Assembly (NCBI GenBank): GCA_024641245.1
Contig: JAHEDK010000002.1
Coordinates: forward strand, 167,136 to 231,135
DNA length: 64,000 nt
Source: Actinomycetes bacterium
GTDB lineage: Bacteria > Actinomycetota > Acidimicrobiia > Spongiisociales > JAHEDJ01
Direction: 5' to 3'
Shown here piece after piece: positions 27,316-35,270 of this stretch. The position numbers were made by a program, and so were the translations under genes. Position 1 is the stretch's first letter. Each line of letters opens with the position of its first letter. The notes under the pieces were generated by a model. That model did not search any database, had not been told where the DNA came from, and saw nothing but the letters and a program-made list of their open reading frames with translations.

Positions 27316-27906
27316 TCAGCTGCGTGGTTGGAGTTCGGCGACGTCGTCCGGCGTGTCGACGTCGCGTGGTGGCATGTGCTCGACCCATACCTCACGTACC
27401 CATTCCGGGTGGGCCTGCAAGAGCCGCTGCGCTCCGGTGTCGCCTTCGAGGCTCATCAGCCGGGTCCAAAGTGAGCGGTCGACGATGACCGGGTTCGACC
27501 ACGTGTACCGGTACCTGGGGACAACGGCCGGCCGTTTCTCTCGTTTGACCACGGTGAGCATCTCAGCGACAACGTCTGCACGAATATCGGGCTGGTCGCC
27601 CATCACGAGCAAGACCTTGTCGGCTCGCGAATCCCTCGTCAGGGAGTCCAGACCCACTCGAAGCGACGAGGCGATGCCTTCCTCGTACTCATCGTTGATC
27701 ACCACGGAAGAATCGCCGAAGGCTACACCATCGAGCACAGCCTCAGCTTCGTGACCGATCACAACCCAGATCTCATCGATTCCAAACGATCGCGTACGCT
27801 CTATAACATGCCCGAGCAACGTTCCCTCTCCCCATGGAAGCAGTTGCTTGGGCGACCCCAGACGGGTGGAGGAGCCTGCGGCGAGAATGAGCGCGGCGAC
27901 CGACAT
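27316..27906 (-). CDS. MobA-like NTP transferase (molybdenum cofactor cytidylyltransferase, MocA-like)
   Basis: LILAAGSSTRLGSPKQLL nucleotide-binding motif. Start set at MSVAALILAAG. Confidence 0.7.
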   Translation of the reverse strand: MSVAALILAAGSSTRLGSPKQLLPWGEGTLLGHVIERTRSFGIDEIWVVIGHEAEAVLDGVAFGDSSVVINDEYEEGIASSLRVGLDSLTRDSRADKVLLVMGDQPDIRADVVAEMLTVVKREKRPAVVPRYRYTWSNPVIVDRSLWTRLMSLEGDTGAQRLLQAHPEWVREVWVEHMPPRDVDTPDDVAELQPRS

Positions 27907-27961
27907 CGAATCCCTTCGGTGTGACGAGGCACCACTATACGGCCGGCGCAACCACCCGGAA

Positions 27962-29014
27962 TCAGTCGGCGGATGGCAGGCTCGACGACCTGCCCGTGCC
28001 GGTGGCGTGCCGGACGAGGACCATCTCCGCCAGAATCTCCACCGCCGTTTCGCGGGCACCATTGGCTCCGAGGTCGAGTCCGATCGGCCCGTGAATCCTT
28101 TCCAGCGCAGATGGTGGTACTCCAGCCCCGGCTAAACGTTCCAGTCGCTTGGCGTGCGTTTTGCGGCTGCCCATCGCGCCCAGATATCGAACATCTCTGG
28201 CAAGCGCAGCCTGGACCACCGGATCTTCGTACCGGGGATCGTGCGACAGTACAACCACGAAGGTGCGCTCATCAAGGGCCAGCCGGTCCACGACTTCCTC
28301 GGGCCAGGCGGTGATGACTTCCCGAGCATCAGGAAACCGATCTGGAGTTGTGAACGCCGACCGCGGATCGCACACGGTCACGGAGAAACCGGCGCAAGCC
28401 GCCAGCGCACTCAGAGTCTGGCCGATTTCAACGGCACCGAAGATCACCAACCTCGGCGGCGGAGCAACGGGTTCGACGAACACTTCACTTCCGGCCACCG
28501 AGGTGATCGTGGGATGCTCGGTGTCCATCACGAGCCGGACCAAGGGCAGGATCGCCTCCACCACCTCCTCGGAGAGGTCCGTCGCGATCAGACCGAGTTC
28601 GTGATCGAAAATACCCCGCGTTCCTGCGCTCGGCCCGTCGACGACGGAGGCGAGCGACCCGGACCGCTGAGAAGCAACGTATTTCCCGACCTCGTCGATC
28701 CGAAACCGATCTATGAACACATCGATGACGCCGCCACAGGACAACCCGACCTCGAATGCAGCCTCATCCGATATGCCGTAGCCGACGAGCTTGCTTTGGC
28801 CGCTCTCGAGCACCTGCTGAGCATGTAGGAACACGTCGTTCTCGACGCATCCGCCCGAGACGGAGCCCTCCATGTCACCGGCCGACGACACCAGGAATCT
28901 GCTGCCGAGCGGTCGGGGCGCCGGACCCTGAACGCGAACGAGGGTGGCGGCCGCGACGGCCTTCCCTTCGGCCTCCCACCGCCGGGCCACCTCGACGCTC
29001 CGTACGAGGTCCAC
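27962..29014 (-). CDS. XdhC/CoxI family molybdoenzyme maturation factor
   Basis: XdhC N-domain (GSVSGGCVE) and Rossmann-like C-domain. Start uncertain. Confidence 0.7.
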   Translation of the reverse strand: MDLVRSVEVARRWEAEGKAVAAATLVRVQGPAPRPLGSRFLVSSAGDMEGSVSGGCVENDVFLHAQQVLESGQSKLVGYGISDEAAFEVGLSCGGVIDVFIDRFRIDEVGKYVASQRSGSLASVVDGPSAGTRGIFDHELGLIATDLSEEVVEAILPLVRLVMDTEHPTITSVAGSEVFVEPVAPPPRLVIFGAVEIGQTLSALAACAGFSVTVCDPRSAFTTPDRFPDAREVITAWPEEVVDRLALDERTFVVVLSHDPRYEDPVVQAALARDVRYLGAMGSRKTHAKRLERLAGAGVPPSALERIHGPIGLDLGANGARETAVEILAEMVLVRHATGTGRSSSLPSAD

Positions 29015-29019
29015 CCGGA

Positions 29020-30225
29020 TCAGCCCTCGAGGAGATGATCGGGGACGTGGTTCCACTCGAAATGACCGCCGTCCGTGTAGGTCCAACCGCCACCCCAGGC
29101 AAAACCCCATTTCTGAAAGATGGCGGCGATATCAGGATCCATACCGATCCGGCCCCCATATGGGTTGTCACTCGGATTGATGTCGATGGCTATGCCCCAC
29201 GTGTGGCGGGAGACGGCGCCCCCTTTGTCCCCCCCACGGATCAGGCGCGGGTTGAAGCAACCGCCGGCGATCTGGAAATCCTGCCGATCGATGTGCGCCC
29301 ACAGGCCTTCATTGATGAGCTCATCGATAGCGGAGCGCAGATAGGGGACGACGACACGATGGCAGCGGAACGGCCCGAGTAGCGGGAGGGTGACGTTGAC
29401 GATGTTCTCGTCTTTCCATGTCTGGTCAATCACGACCCGATCGCCGTCGCCGGTGGGTCGGTAGGAGAACTCACCGAACTTCTCTTTGACGAGCACCGTC
29501 GGCATGACCCCGTCTGGGTCGGCCGGATCATCGCGACTTGAAATCCTCAGCCTGATGTCGGGAAGGCGTGTCCAGAGATCGATCACGATTTCGTCCTGAG
29601 CGCGAAATCCCCATACCGCCATCGACGACTTGCGCTCGAATCCAAAGGACGCCGCAACGGCCTCTGAGAAGACGAGTTCGCTCCACCAGACGGCCTCGTC
29701 CGGGGCGATGGCGCCTACGACCAATCGCTGCCTCGAGCCGTCCCATCCGACGAACTCGACATCGTCGCCGACCTGTGCACCGCGCAGATTCGCCGACGTC
29801 TCCCCGAATACGAGGGTGCCCGCGCGCAGCGCGGCGGCGACGTCACCTCCGATCAGCGGCGCAGCACGGCCCGGGTCGACCGCCAGCGAGGACATGGGGA
29901 TGAAGTAGCCGGGATCGGGCTCCTGTACGACAACTCCGGCGCGATAGACGCCGGTGAGCTGAATCGTCCCACGATGGAGCGCAACAGATCGAGCACCGTG
30001 CTCCGCTGCCACGCCGACGACAGCCAGTTCGGCTTCTGTTGACAGTCCCCCCGGCTCAGTTACACCGATCACCGCGGATCCCAGGGTCCCGCTGGCGGCG
30101 ACCGCGGGAGCCAGCGGTAGACCGAGAACCATCGCCAGCACCATGGCCACGGAAATCGTCGCACGTAAGTGGATGCCCACCGGACGGGCGAAAGCAGCCG
30201 CCCCGGCTGAAGTCCCGAGTTTCAC
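29020..30225 (-). CDS. Secreted M15 family metallopeptidase (D-Ala-D-Ala carboxypeptidase / VanY-like)
   Basis: Signal peptide. C-terminal HxxxxxxD...H zinc signature (SRHTWGIAIDIN ... GGHFEW). Confidence 0.6.
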   Translation of the reverse strand: MKLGTSAGAAAFARPVGIHLRATISVAMVLAMVLGLPLAPAVAASGTLGSAVIGVTEPGGLSTEAELAVVGVAAEHGARSVALHRGTIQLTGVYRAGVVVQEPDPGYFIPMSSLAVDPGRAAPLIGGDVAAALRAGTLVFGETSANLRGAQVGDDVEFVGWDGSRQRLVVGAIAPDEAVWWSELVFSEAVAASFGFERKSSMAVWGFRAQDEIVIDLWTRLPDIRLRISSRDDPADPDGVMPTVLVKEKFGEFSYRPTGDGDRVVIDQTWKDENIVNVTLPLLGPFRCHRVVVPYLRSAIDELINEGLWAHIDRQDFQIAGGCFNPRLIRGGDKGGAVSRHTWGIAIDINPSDNPYGGRIGMDPDIAAIFQKWGFAWGGGWTYTDGGHFEWNHVPDHLLEG

Positions 30226-30264
30226 AAGGCCAGCGTACCCTCCACCAAGTCGACAAGAACTGTT

Positions 30265-30375
30265 TTCTCAGCAATACAAGAGCGCGAAAACGCGCCACAG
30301 CATTGCGGAGAAAGCGTGTAGGAGATTCTCAGCAATACAAGAGCGCGAAAACGCGCCACAGCATTGCGGAGAAAG
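30265..30375. repeat. Two perfect tandem copies of a 50-bp element (11-bp spacer), each with a GCGCG-AAAA-CGCGC hairpin nested in a GCAAT...ATTGC stem
   Basis: Copies at 30265-30314 and 30326-30375 are identical. They lie 4 nt downstream of the rlmD-like stop on the transcribed (minus) strand. Confidence 0.6.
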
Positions 30376-30378
30376 TGT

Positions 30379-31551
30379 CTATCTCAGGCGGAATCGGGCG
30401 ACCGTCTCAACATGGAATGATTGCGGGAACATGTCGACCGGAACCGCGTAATCGAGGTTGTAACCCATCTCCCCGAGCAGCCGGGCATCACGGGCCAGGC
30501 TGGCAGGATCACAGGCAACGTACGCGATCGTCCGCGGCGTCGATCTGGTGATCGAAGCAACGCCGTCGGCGCCCAGACCCGACCTAGGTGGATCACAGAC
30601 GACCACCGTCCACTCGCCCCGGGTGAATCCATCAACCGTCGAAGCCACGACCTCCACCTCGATGCCTGCCGTTGCGCGGTTGTGAACAAGGTCGTCGACA
30701 GCCATTCCTGCGGACTCGACCGCCAGCACGCGTCCTGCGCTCCGCCCCACCGTCAAGCTGAAGAGGCCTCCGCCGGCATACGCATCGAGCAATGTGTCAG
30801 CAGGCGTGACCCCGAGGGCAGCACGTACGAGGTCCACCAGAACTTCCGCGCCCGCAGTGTTGTTCTGAAAGAAAGCCGAAGCCGTCACCCGGAACGCCGT
30901 GTCACCAATCGTCTCTCTGAGAAAGGGATCACCGCTGATCGCTTCGGGGCGCCCCCGCCTGACCCTGCACACCGGGAACGACCAATCGTGTGCGGCCTCA
31001 GGAACGGGGCCCGACACGACCGCCAACCGATCACCGGTATTGATCCCCGCCCGAAGAGTGACGCGATGCATCGGACTGAGGTCGCCCATCTCATCGAGCA
31101 TGGCGCGGAGGGGCTCCGCCAGCAGCGGGCATTCATCCAGCATCTCGAGCTCGCGCGTGCGCCGAAGGTGCAGGGCGGGTCGACCTTGTTGAACGCGGAA
31201 GTCCATTCGATTTCGATAGCCGAACGCAGGGCCGGGCGTCACCGTCTGGCGAACATCGGGATCGTCGATCTTCCCGAGGTGGCGCAGTTGGCCGATCACA
31301 ACGCCGCGTTTCCACACCGCCTGGATCTCACGGGCGGCGAACTGCCACTGGCACCCACCGCAGCGACCGAAGTGCCGACAGGCCGGGGCTATTCGATCTT
31401 CGGAAGGTTCCACGATCGACAGGAGCGCAGCTCGCGACCAGGAACCGCGCTCTTCGAGGACCTCGACATCAACGACTTCCTCGGGAAGCGCGCCGTCCAC
31501 AAACACGGCTTTTCCGTCGAGGCGGCCGACGGCCTCACCTCCGTGCGCCAT
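30379..31551 (-). CDS. 23S rRNA (uracil-5)-methyltransferase RlmD-like (TRAM + SAM MTase)
   Basis: 4Fe-4S Cys cluster (CRHFGRCGGCQWQ), SAM motif (DAYAGGGLFS), catalytic Cys (AYVACDP). Start uncertain (31551-31620). Confidence 0.75.
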   Translation of the reverse strand: MAHGGEAVGRLDGKAVFVDGALPEEVVDVEVLEERGSWSRAALLSIVEPSEDRIAPACRHFGRCGGCQWQFAAREIQAVWKRGVVIGQLRHLGKIDDPDVRQTVTPGPAFGYRNRMDFRVQQGRPALHLRRTRELEMLDECPLLAEPLRAMLDEMGDLSPMHRVTLRAGINTGDRLAVVSGPVPEAAHDWSFPVCRVRRGRPEAISGDPFLRETIGDTAFRVTASAFFQNNTAGAEVLVDLVRAALGVTPADTLLDAYAGGGLFSLTVGRSAGRVLAVESAGMAVDDLVHNRATAGIEVEVVASTVDGFTRGEWTVVVCDPPRSGLGADGVASITRSTPRTIAYVACDPASLARDARLLGEMGYNLDYAVPVDMFPQSFHVETVARFRLR

Positions 31552-31571
31552 GTCGTGAATGCGGATCGTGG

Positions 31572-32024
31572 TCAGGGCAACACCTCGTCGAGGATCTCCA
31601 CCAGCGAACCCTGCAGCCACGACAAGTAGTCGAAGAGCGCCTGATCCGATTCCCGCTCAGCGCCGCCGGGTAGCTCTGCGCGCGCCGATTGCACGAGACG
31701 CGCTTCGGTCAATACCCGAAGCCACGCCTCCGCCTCCGCGGTGGAAAGCACAACACCCTCGACGCCTCCTTCCACGGTCAGCGCGAAGGCGGATCGATCG
31801 GCCGCCCGACCGTGCTGCAGTTCGCTCTCCAACAGCCGGCAGAACTCGGCGTCGGCTTCGTCATCAAGGGGATACGCCCGCAACGCCAGGCGCTCGGCCG
31901 CCGGATCCGGGTCGAACCTGCCAACAGAATCGAGCAAGGTCGGGACGAGTGATAGCAACTCGACTTCCCAGGGAGCCAGCGTCATTCGGACCCCACCCGC
32001 GCACGGCGCAAAAGGTTCACTCAT
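31572..32024 (-). CDS. DUF2017 domain protein
   Basis: Conserved actinobacterial partner of ClpS. The MSEPFAPC N-terminus fits DUF2017. Confidence 0.6.
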   Translation of the reverse strand: MSEPFAPCAGGVRMTLAPWEVELLSLVPTLLDSVGRFDPDPAAERLALRAYPLDDEADAEFCRLLESELQHGRAADRSAFALTVEGGVEGVVLSTAEAEAWLRVLTEARLVQSARAELPGGAERESDQALFDYLSWLQGSLVEILDEVLP

Positions 32025-32251
32025 GCCCGCTCCAGCGTTGCGTCTAGGCCATGGACTCTTAGCCGGAAGCAGGTCAGTTCAACGTGTTCGCGGGCACCGG
32101 CGGCCACGGCGGCGCTCCCGCGGCGGTGAATGTCGAGCATCAGAGAAGTGGCATCGCTCCTGGTCAGATTGAGAAGGCGCCGGAAAACATAGGCAACGTA
32201 GGCGGCCAGATTGACCTCGTCGTTCCACACGATCACATTCCACGTTTCCAT
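32021..32251 (-). CDS. clpS: ATP-dependent Clp protease adaptor ClpS
   Basis: VIVWNDEVNLAAYVAYVFRRLL core. ATGA overlap with DUF2017. Confidence 0.85.
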   Translation of the reverse strand: METWNVIVWNDEVNLAAYVAYVFRRLLNLTRSDATSLMLDIHRRGSAAVAAGAREHVELTCFRLRVHGLDATLERA

Positions 32252-32260
32252 ACCGCGACG

Positions 32261-32515
32261 CTAGTGGACTGGTGGGCGGCGGGTCGCCGGCTGCGCCGGC
32301 GGCTGTAGGCATCTCGCCACCGCCCGCACCCGCGACTCTTCGATCGACATCTCGAAATCGACGCGCGCCACCCGCCATTCCCGGCCGAACTTGACGGCAG
32401 GCAGACGACCGGAACGCAGCACACCGGACACGACGAAGGTCGACACATCCATGCAGTAACAGATATCGGCAACCGACAACCATTCTCTGGCAATAGCAAC
32501 CTCGATGTGATTCAT
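32261..32515 (-). CDS. Excisionase-family / MerR-like helix-turn-helix DNA-binding protein
   Basis: LSVADICYCMDVSTFVVSGVLRSGRLPAVKFGREWRV resembles the HTH_17 excisionase domain. Start at MNHIEV. Confidence 0.5.
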   Translation of the reverse strand: MNHIEVAIAREWLSVADICYCMDVSTFVVSGVLRSGRLPAVKFGREWRVARVDFEMSIEESRVRAVARCLQPPAQPATRRPPVH

Positions 32516-32648
32516 AGCGCCAGGCGCAGTCCCGCCGGCGGCTCTACGGCAAGCGCCGCTCACCTCGCGAAAACCCACCTTCACTCATTCCTCATCGACA
32601 CTGTTGTATATCGTATTCTATCGCTATCTGCCCTCAAGGATGCACAGC

Positions 32649-32957
32649 ATGGATCCACTAAGACATCCGGACCTCATCGAAGTATCTCGCCACCTTCGCC
32701 GGCAATGGGAACGAGTAGTCGAAGCAGAGCAGGCGGCCGCCCGGGCAACGTGGTTACGCCGGCGCACGCTGAGAGATCGCCTGATCGACGCCGAGGACCG
32801 TGGAGAGCAAGCAACCCTTTGGTGCATTGACGGCCGGGCCTCCACCGGCCTCGTGGGTGCGGTCGGTTCGGATCATGTCGTGTTACTCACAGGCGATCGG
32901 AGCCGTTTCGTCCTCCTGCACCAGATCGTCGCGGCCGGATTCGAAGCCGCCGAATGA
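32649..32957 (+). CDS. Hypothetical protein (coupled to the downstream CpaE-like gene)
   Basis: ORF whose stop overlaps the next start (ATGA). No family recognised. Confidence 0.3.
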   Translation: MDPLRHPDLIEVSRHLRRQWERVVEAEQAAARATWLRRRTLRDRLIDAEDRGEQATLWCIDGRASTGLVGAVGSDHVVLLTGDRSRFVLLHQIVAAGFEAAE

Positions 32958-33988
32958 ACCGCCCACGCATGGCCACGGTCCTGTCGGCGCGGGAATGGGA
33001 GCCGAGGCTGGTAGATGCAGCCCGGCGCGATCCGATCGTGAGGATCGTGCGTCGGGCGTATGAACCACAAGACCTGGAGCGCGCCGCACCACTCGACATC
33101 GTGGTGGTTGGATCCGAAACCTCATGGATAACATCCAATCGGATCCGGTTGATACGCCGGAGCGGAACGCACGTCATCGGCGTCTATCCAACAGGCGACG
33201 GACCTGGGCACGAACTCCTTCGTCGAGGCGGCGTCGACGTCGCATTGCCGGACACAACCACCCCGGAAGACCTGTTGAGTGCAGCGTCGGTGGTCGCGGC
33301 GCAGTCCCTAGCTCCGGTAGGCCGGGGCCGGCTCATCTCAGTCACGGGCCCGAGGGGGGCTCCGGGTCGAACAGAAATCGCCGTCTCCGTCGCGTACGCC
33401 ATCGCCGAACGCATCTCGACCGCGATCGTCGACCTCGACACCGAAGCCCCCGGGGTCACCTTCCGGATGGGGTTCGAACCCGGCGCCAACCTCATTGATA
33501 TCGCCGACGCCATCCGCACGACAGATCGACTCGTGGCACGGGATATCCGCCCGAACCTGACGGCGATCGGTGGGCCCGTCCCGCTCCGGACCGACCCCTC
33601 AAACAGGCTCGGAATCGCCGCACTCCTCGACGCCGTCCTGGCAGCATTCCCAGTCACCGTTGCGGATATCGGGCCGTGGAGGCCGGATCACTCGATCCTG
33701 GCCACCAGCGACGCGGCCGTCGTTGTATGTGACGCCTCCCCCATGAGTCTCATCAGAGCAGTGCAGTTCGTTCGCGACTGGGAGGGGCCAATTCCATACG
33801 TTGTCATCAATCGCGTCGGATCTGCGCAGGAGGAGGACATTCTTCGTTCTGCAAGAAGAGCAATGGGATTGGAGCCCCACACCCTCATTCCTGAGCTCTC
33901 GATTATCGATGGACGGGAAGGGCCGGCGCTCCGGCATCTCCTCGAATCCCTCGCAATCGACCTCCTGGCCGGCCCGCTCGATCTATGA
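32954..33988 (+). CDS. Ssd / helicase-secretion-neighborhood CpaE-like ParA-family protein with degenerate P-loop
   Basis: N-terminal receiver-like region, then ISVTGPRGAPGRTEIAVSVAYAIA, a variant deviant Walker A as in actinobacterial CpaE-like (Rv3660c-type) proteins. Confidence 0.55.
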   Translation: MNRPRMATVLSAREWEPRLVDAARRDPIVRIVRRAYEPQDLERAAPLDIVVVGSETSWITSNRIRLIRRSGTHVIGVYPTGDGPGHELLRRGGVDVALPDTTTPEDLLSAASVVAAQSLAPVGRGRLISVTGPRGAPGRTEIAVSVAYAIAERISTAIVDLDTEAPGVTFRMGFEPGANLIDIADAIRTTDRLVARDIRPNLTAIGGPVPLRTDPSNRLGIAALLDAVLAAFPVTVADIGPWRPDHSILATSDAAVVVCDASPMSLIRAVQFVRDWEGPIPYVVINRVGSAQEEDILRSARRAMGLEPHTLIPELSIIDGREGPALRHLLESLAIDLLAGPLDL

Positions 33989-34110
33989 TCGGCGACGGCC
34001 CGGAGTCACAACTTCAAGGGCCGTTGGACCCTGTGCCGCGTTGACCTTTGGCAATACGGTGAAGGGCGGAGAGGAACAACTCAACTACATCGGGAGCCGC
34101 TGTGGCAGGA

Positions 34111-34584
34111 ATGAGCCGTCGGACTTTCTTGAGTCGCGCCACCGCGTCGATTGTCGGCGGGATCGGCGCGCTGATGGGCATCCCCACGGTTGCCTATCTC
34201 ATTTCTCCTGCCAAGGCTCGCGGTGGTCTTGGAGTCGAGGCGATCCCGCTCGGGCCTACCAACAAAGTGCCAATCGGGGAACCCACCCTCTTCAAAGCAA
34301 CCATCGAGCGCAAGACCGGATGGGTCACGCAGGCCGAAGAGCTCGCCTTCTACGTCTTCACAGAAGACGGGCGCAACTTCACGGCACTGTCCAACGTTTG
34401 CACGCACCTTGGCTGCCGGGTGCGGTGGGTCGGCAACGAGAAACAGTTCTTCTGCCCTTGCCACAATGCCGTCTTCACCGAAACCGGGAAAGTGGTTTCG
34501 GGCCCACCGCCCAGAGCCCTAGACCAGTACGAGCTGTCGGTTGAAGGTGACCAGTTGTTCGTCGTCGGGAAGGTCGAAGCATGA
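34111..34584 (+). CDS. Rieske [2Fe-2S] iron-sulfur subunit of a cytochrome b6-type complex (module 1), Tat-targeted
   Basis: MSRRTFLSRA twin-arginine signal. CTHLGC ... CPCHNAVF Rieske boxes. An alternative GTG lies 9 nt upstream (34102). Confidence 0.85.
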   Translation: MSRRTFLSRATASIVGGIGALMGIPTVAYLISPAKARGGLGVEAIPLGPTNKVPIGEPTLFKATIERKTGWVTQAEELAFYVFTEDGRNFTALSNVCTHLGCRVRWVGNEKQFFCPCHNAVFTETGKVVSGPPPRALDQYELSVEGDQLFVVGKVEA

Positions 34585-35270
34585 TCCAGAAGCTCAGTGC
34601 TTGGTTCGAAGAGCGGATGGGATGGAAGCCGATCTGGACGGCACTGGCGCTCCGCAACATCCCCAAGGTCAACTGGCTGTACACGCTGGGCAGCGCCACG
34701 CTCCTCGTCACAGTGAACCAGATTCTGACCGGCATCCTCCTCACCATCTACTACGTCCCCAGCCCTCAGGATGCCTACAACAGCGTTGCCTTCATAACGA
34801 ACGAGATCACTGCCGGCTGGCTCATCAGAGGGCTGCATCATTGGGGTGCCAGTGCGATGGTCGTCCTGGCCGGACTCCACATGCTGCGGGTGGTCTTCCA
34901 CGGCGCCTATAAGTTCCCCCGCGAAATCACCTGGTTCACCGGACTCGGCCTCCTGGCCGTGACGATGGCCTTCGGATTCACCGGGTACTTGCTGCCGTGG
35001 GATCAGAAGGCTTACTGGGCTACCACGGTGGGTACCCGAATGCTGGAGGTGACACCCGTCATCGGTGATTGGCTGCTCCGGATCGCCCGCGGTGGGGAAG
35101 AGCTGTCGGCCGTGACGCTCACCCGGTTCTACGGAACCCATGTATGGGTGCTCCCGTCGGTGCTCCTGCTACTCCTGGGTATCCACCTCTTTCTGGTCGT
35201 CCGCGTCGGCATCAGCGCACCTCCGACACCCAAGGAGACAGACGAGAAGCCCAAAGTGTGGTTCGAATAA
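34581..35270 (+). CDS. Cytochrome b6-like (N-terminal four-helix di-heme b subunit), module 1
   Basis: ATG overlaps the Rieske stop (ATGA). His pairs on helix B (HHWGASAMVVLAGLH) and helix D (THVWVLPSVLLLLLGIH). Confidence 0.85.
   Translation: MIQKLSAWFEERMGWKPIWTALALRNIPKVNWLYTLGSATLLVTVNQILTGILLTIYYVPSPQDAYNSVAFITNEITAGWLIRGLHHWGASAMVVLAGLHMLRVVFHGAYKFPREITWFTGLGLLAVTMAFGFTGYLLPWDQKAYWATTVGTRMLEVTPVIGDWLLRIARGGEELSAVTLTRFYGTHVWVLPSVLLLLLGIHLFLVVRVGISAPPTPKETDEKPKVWFE

Noticed and set aside
33988-34110. Sigma-70-like promoter for the bc operon (TTGACC at about 34040)
   Set aside because: No acceptable -10 hexamer at 16-18 nt spacing, so not called.
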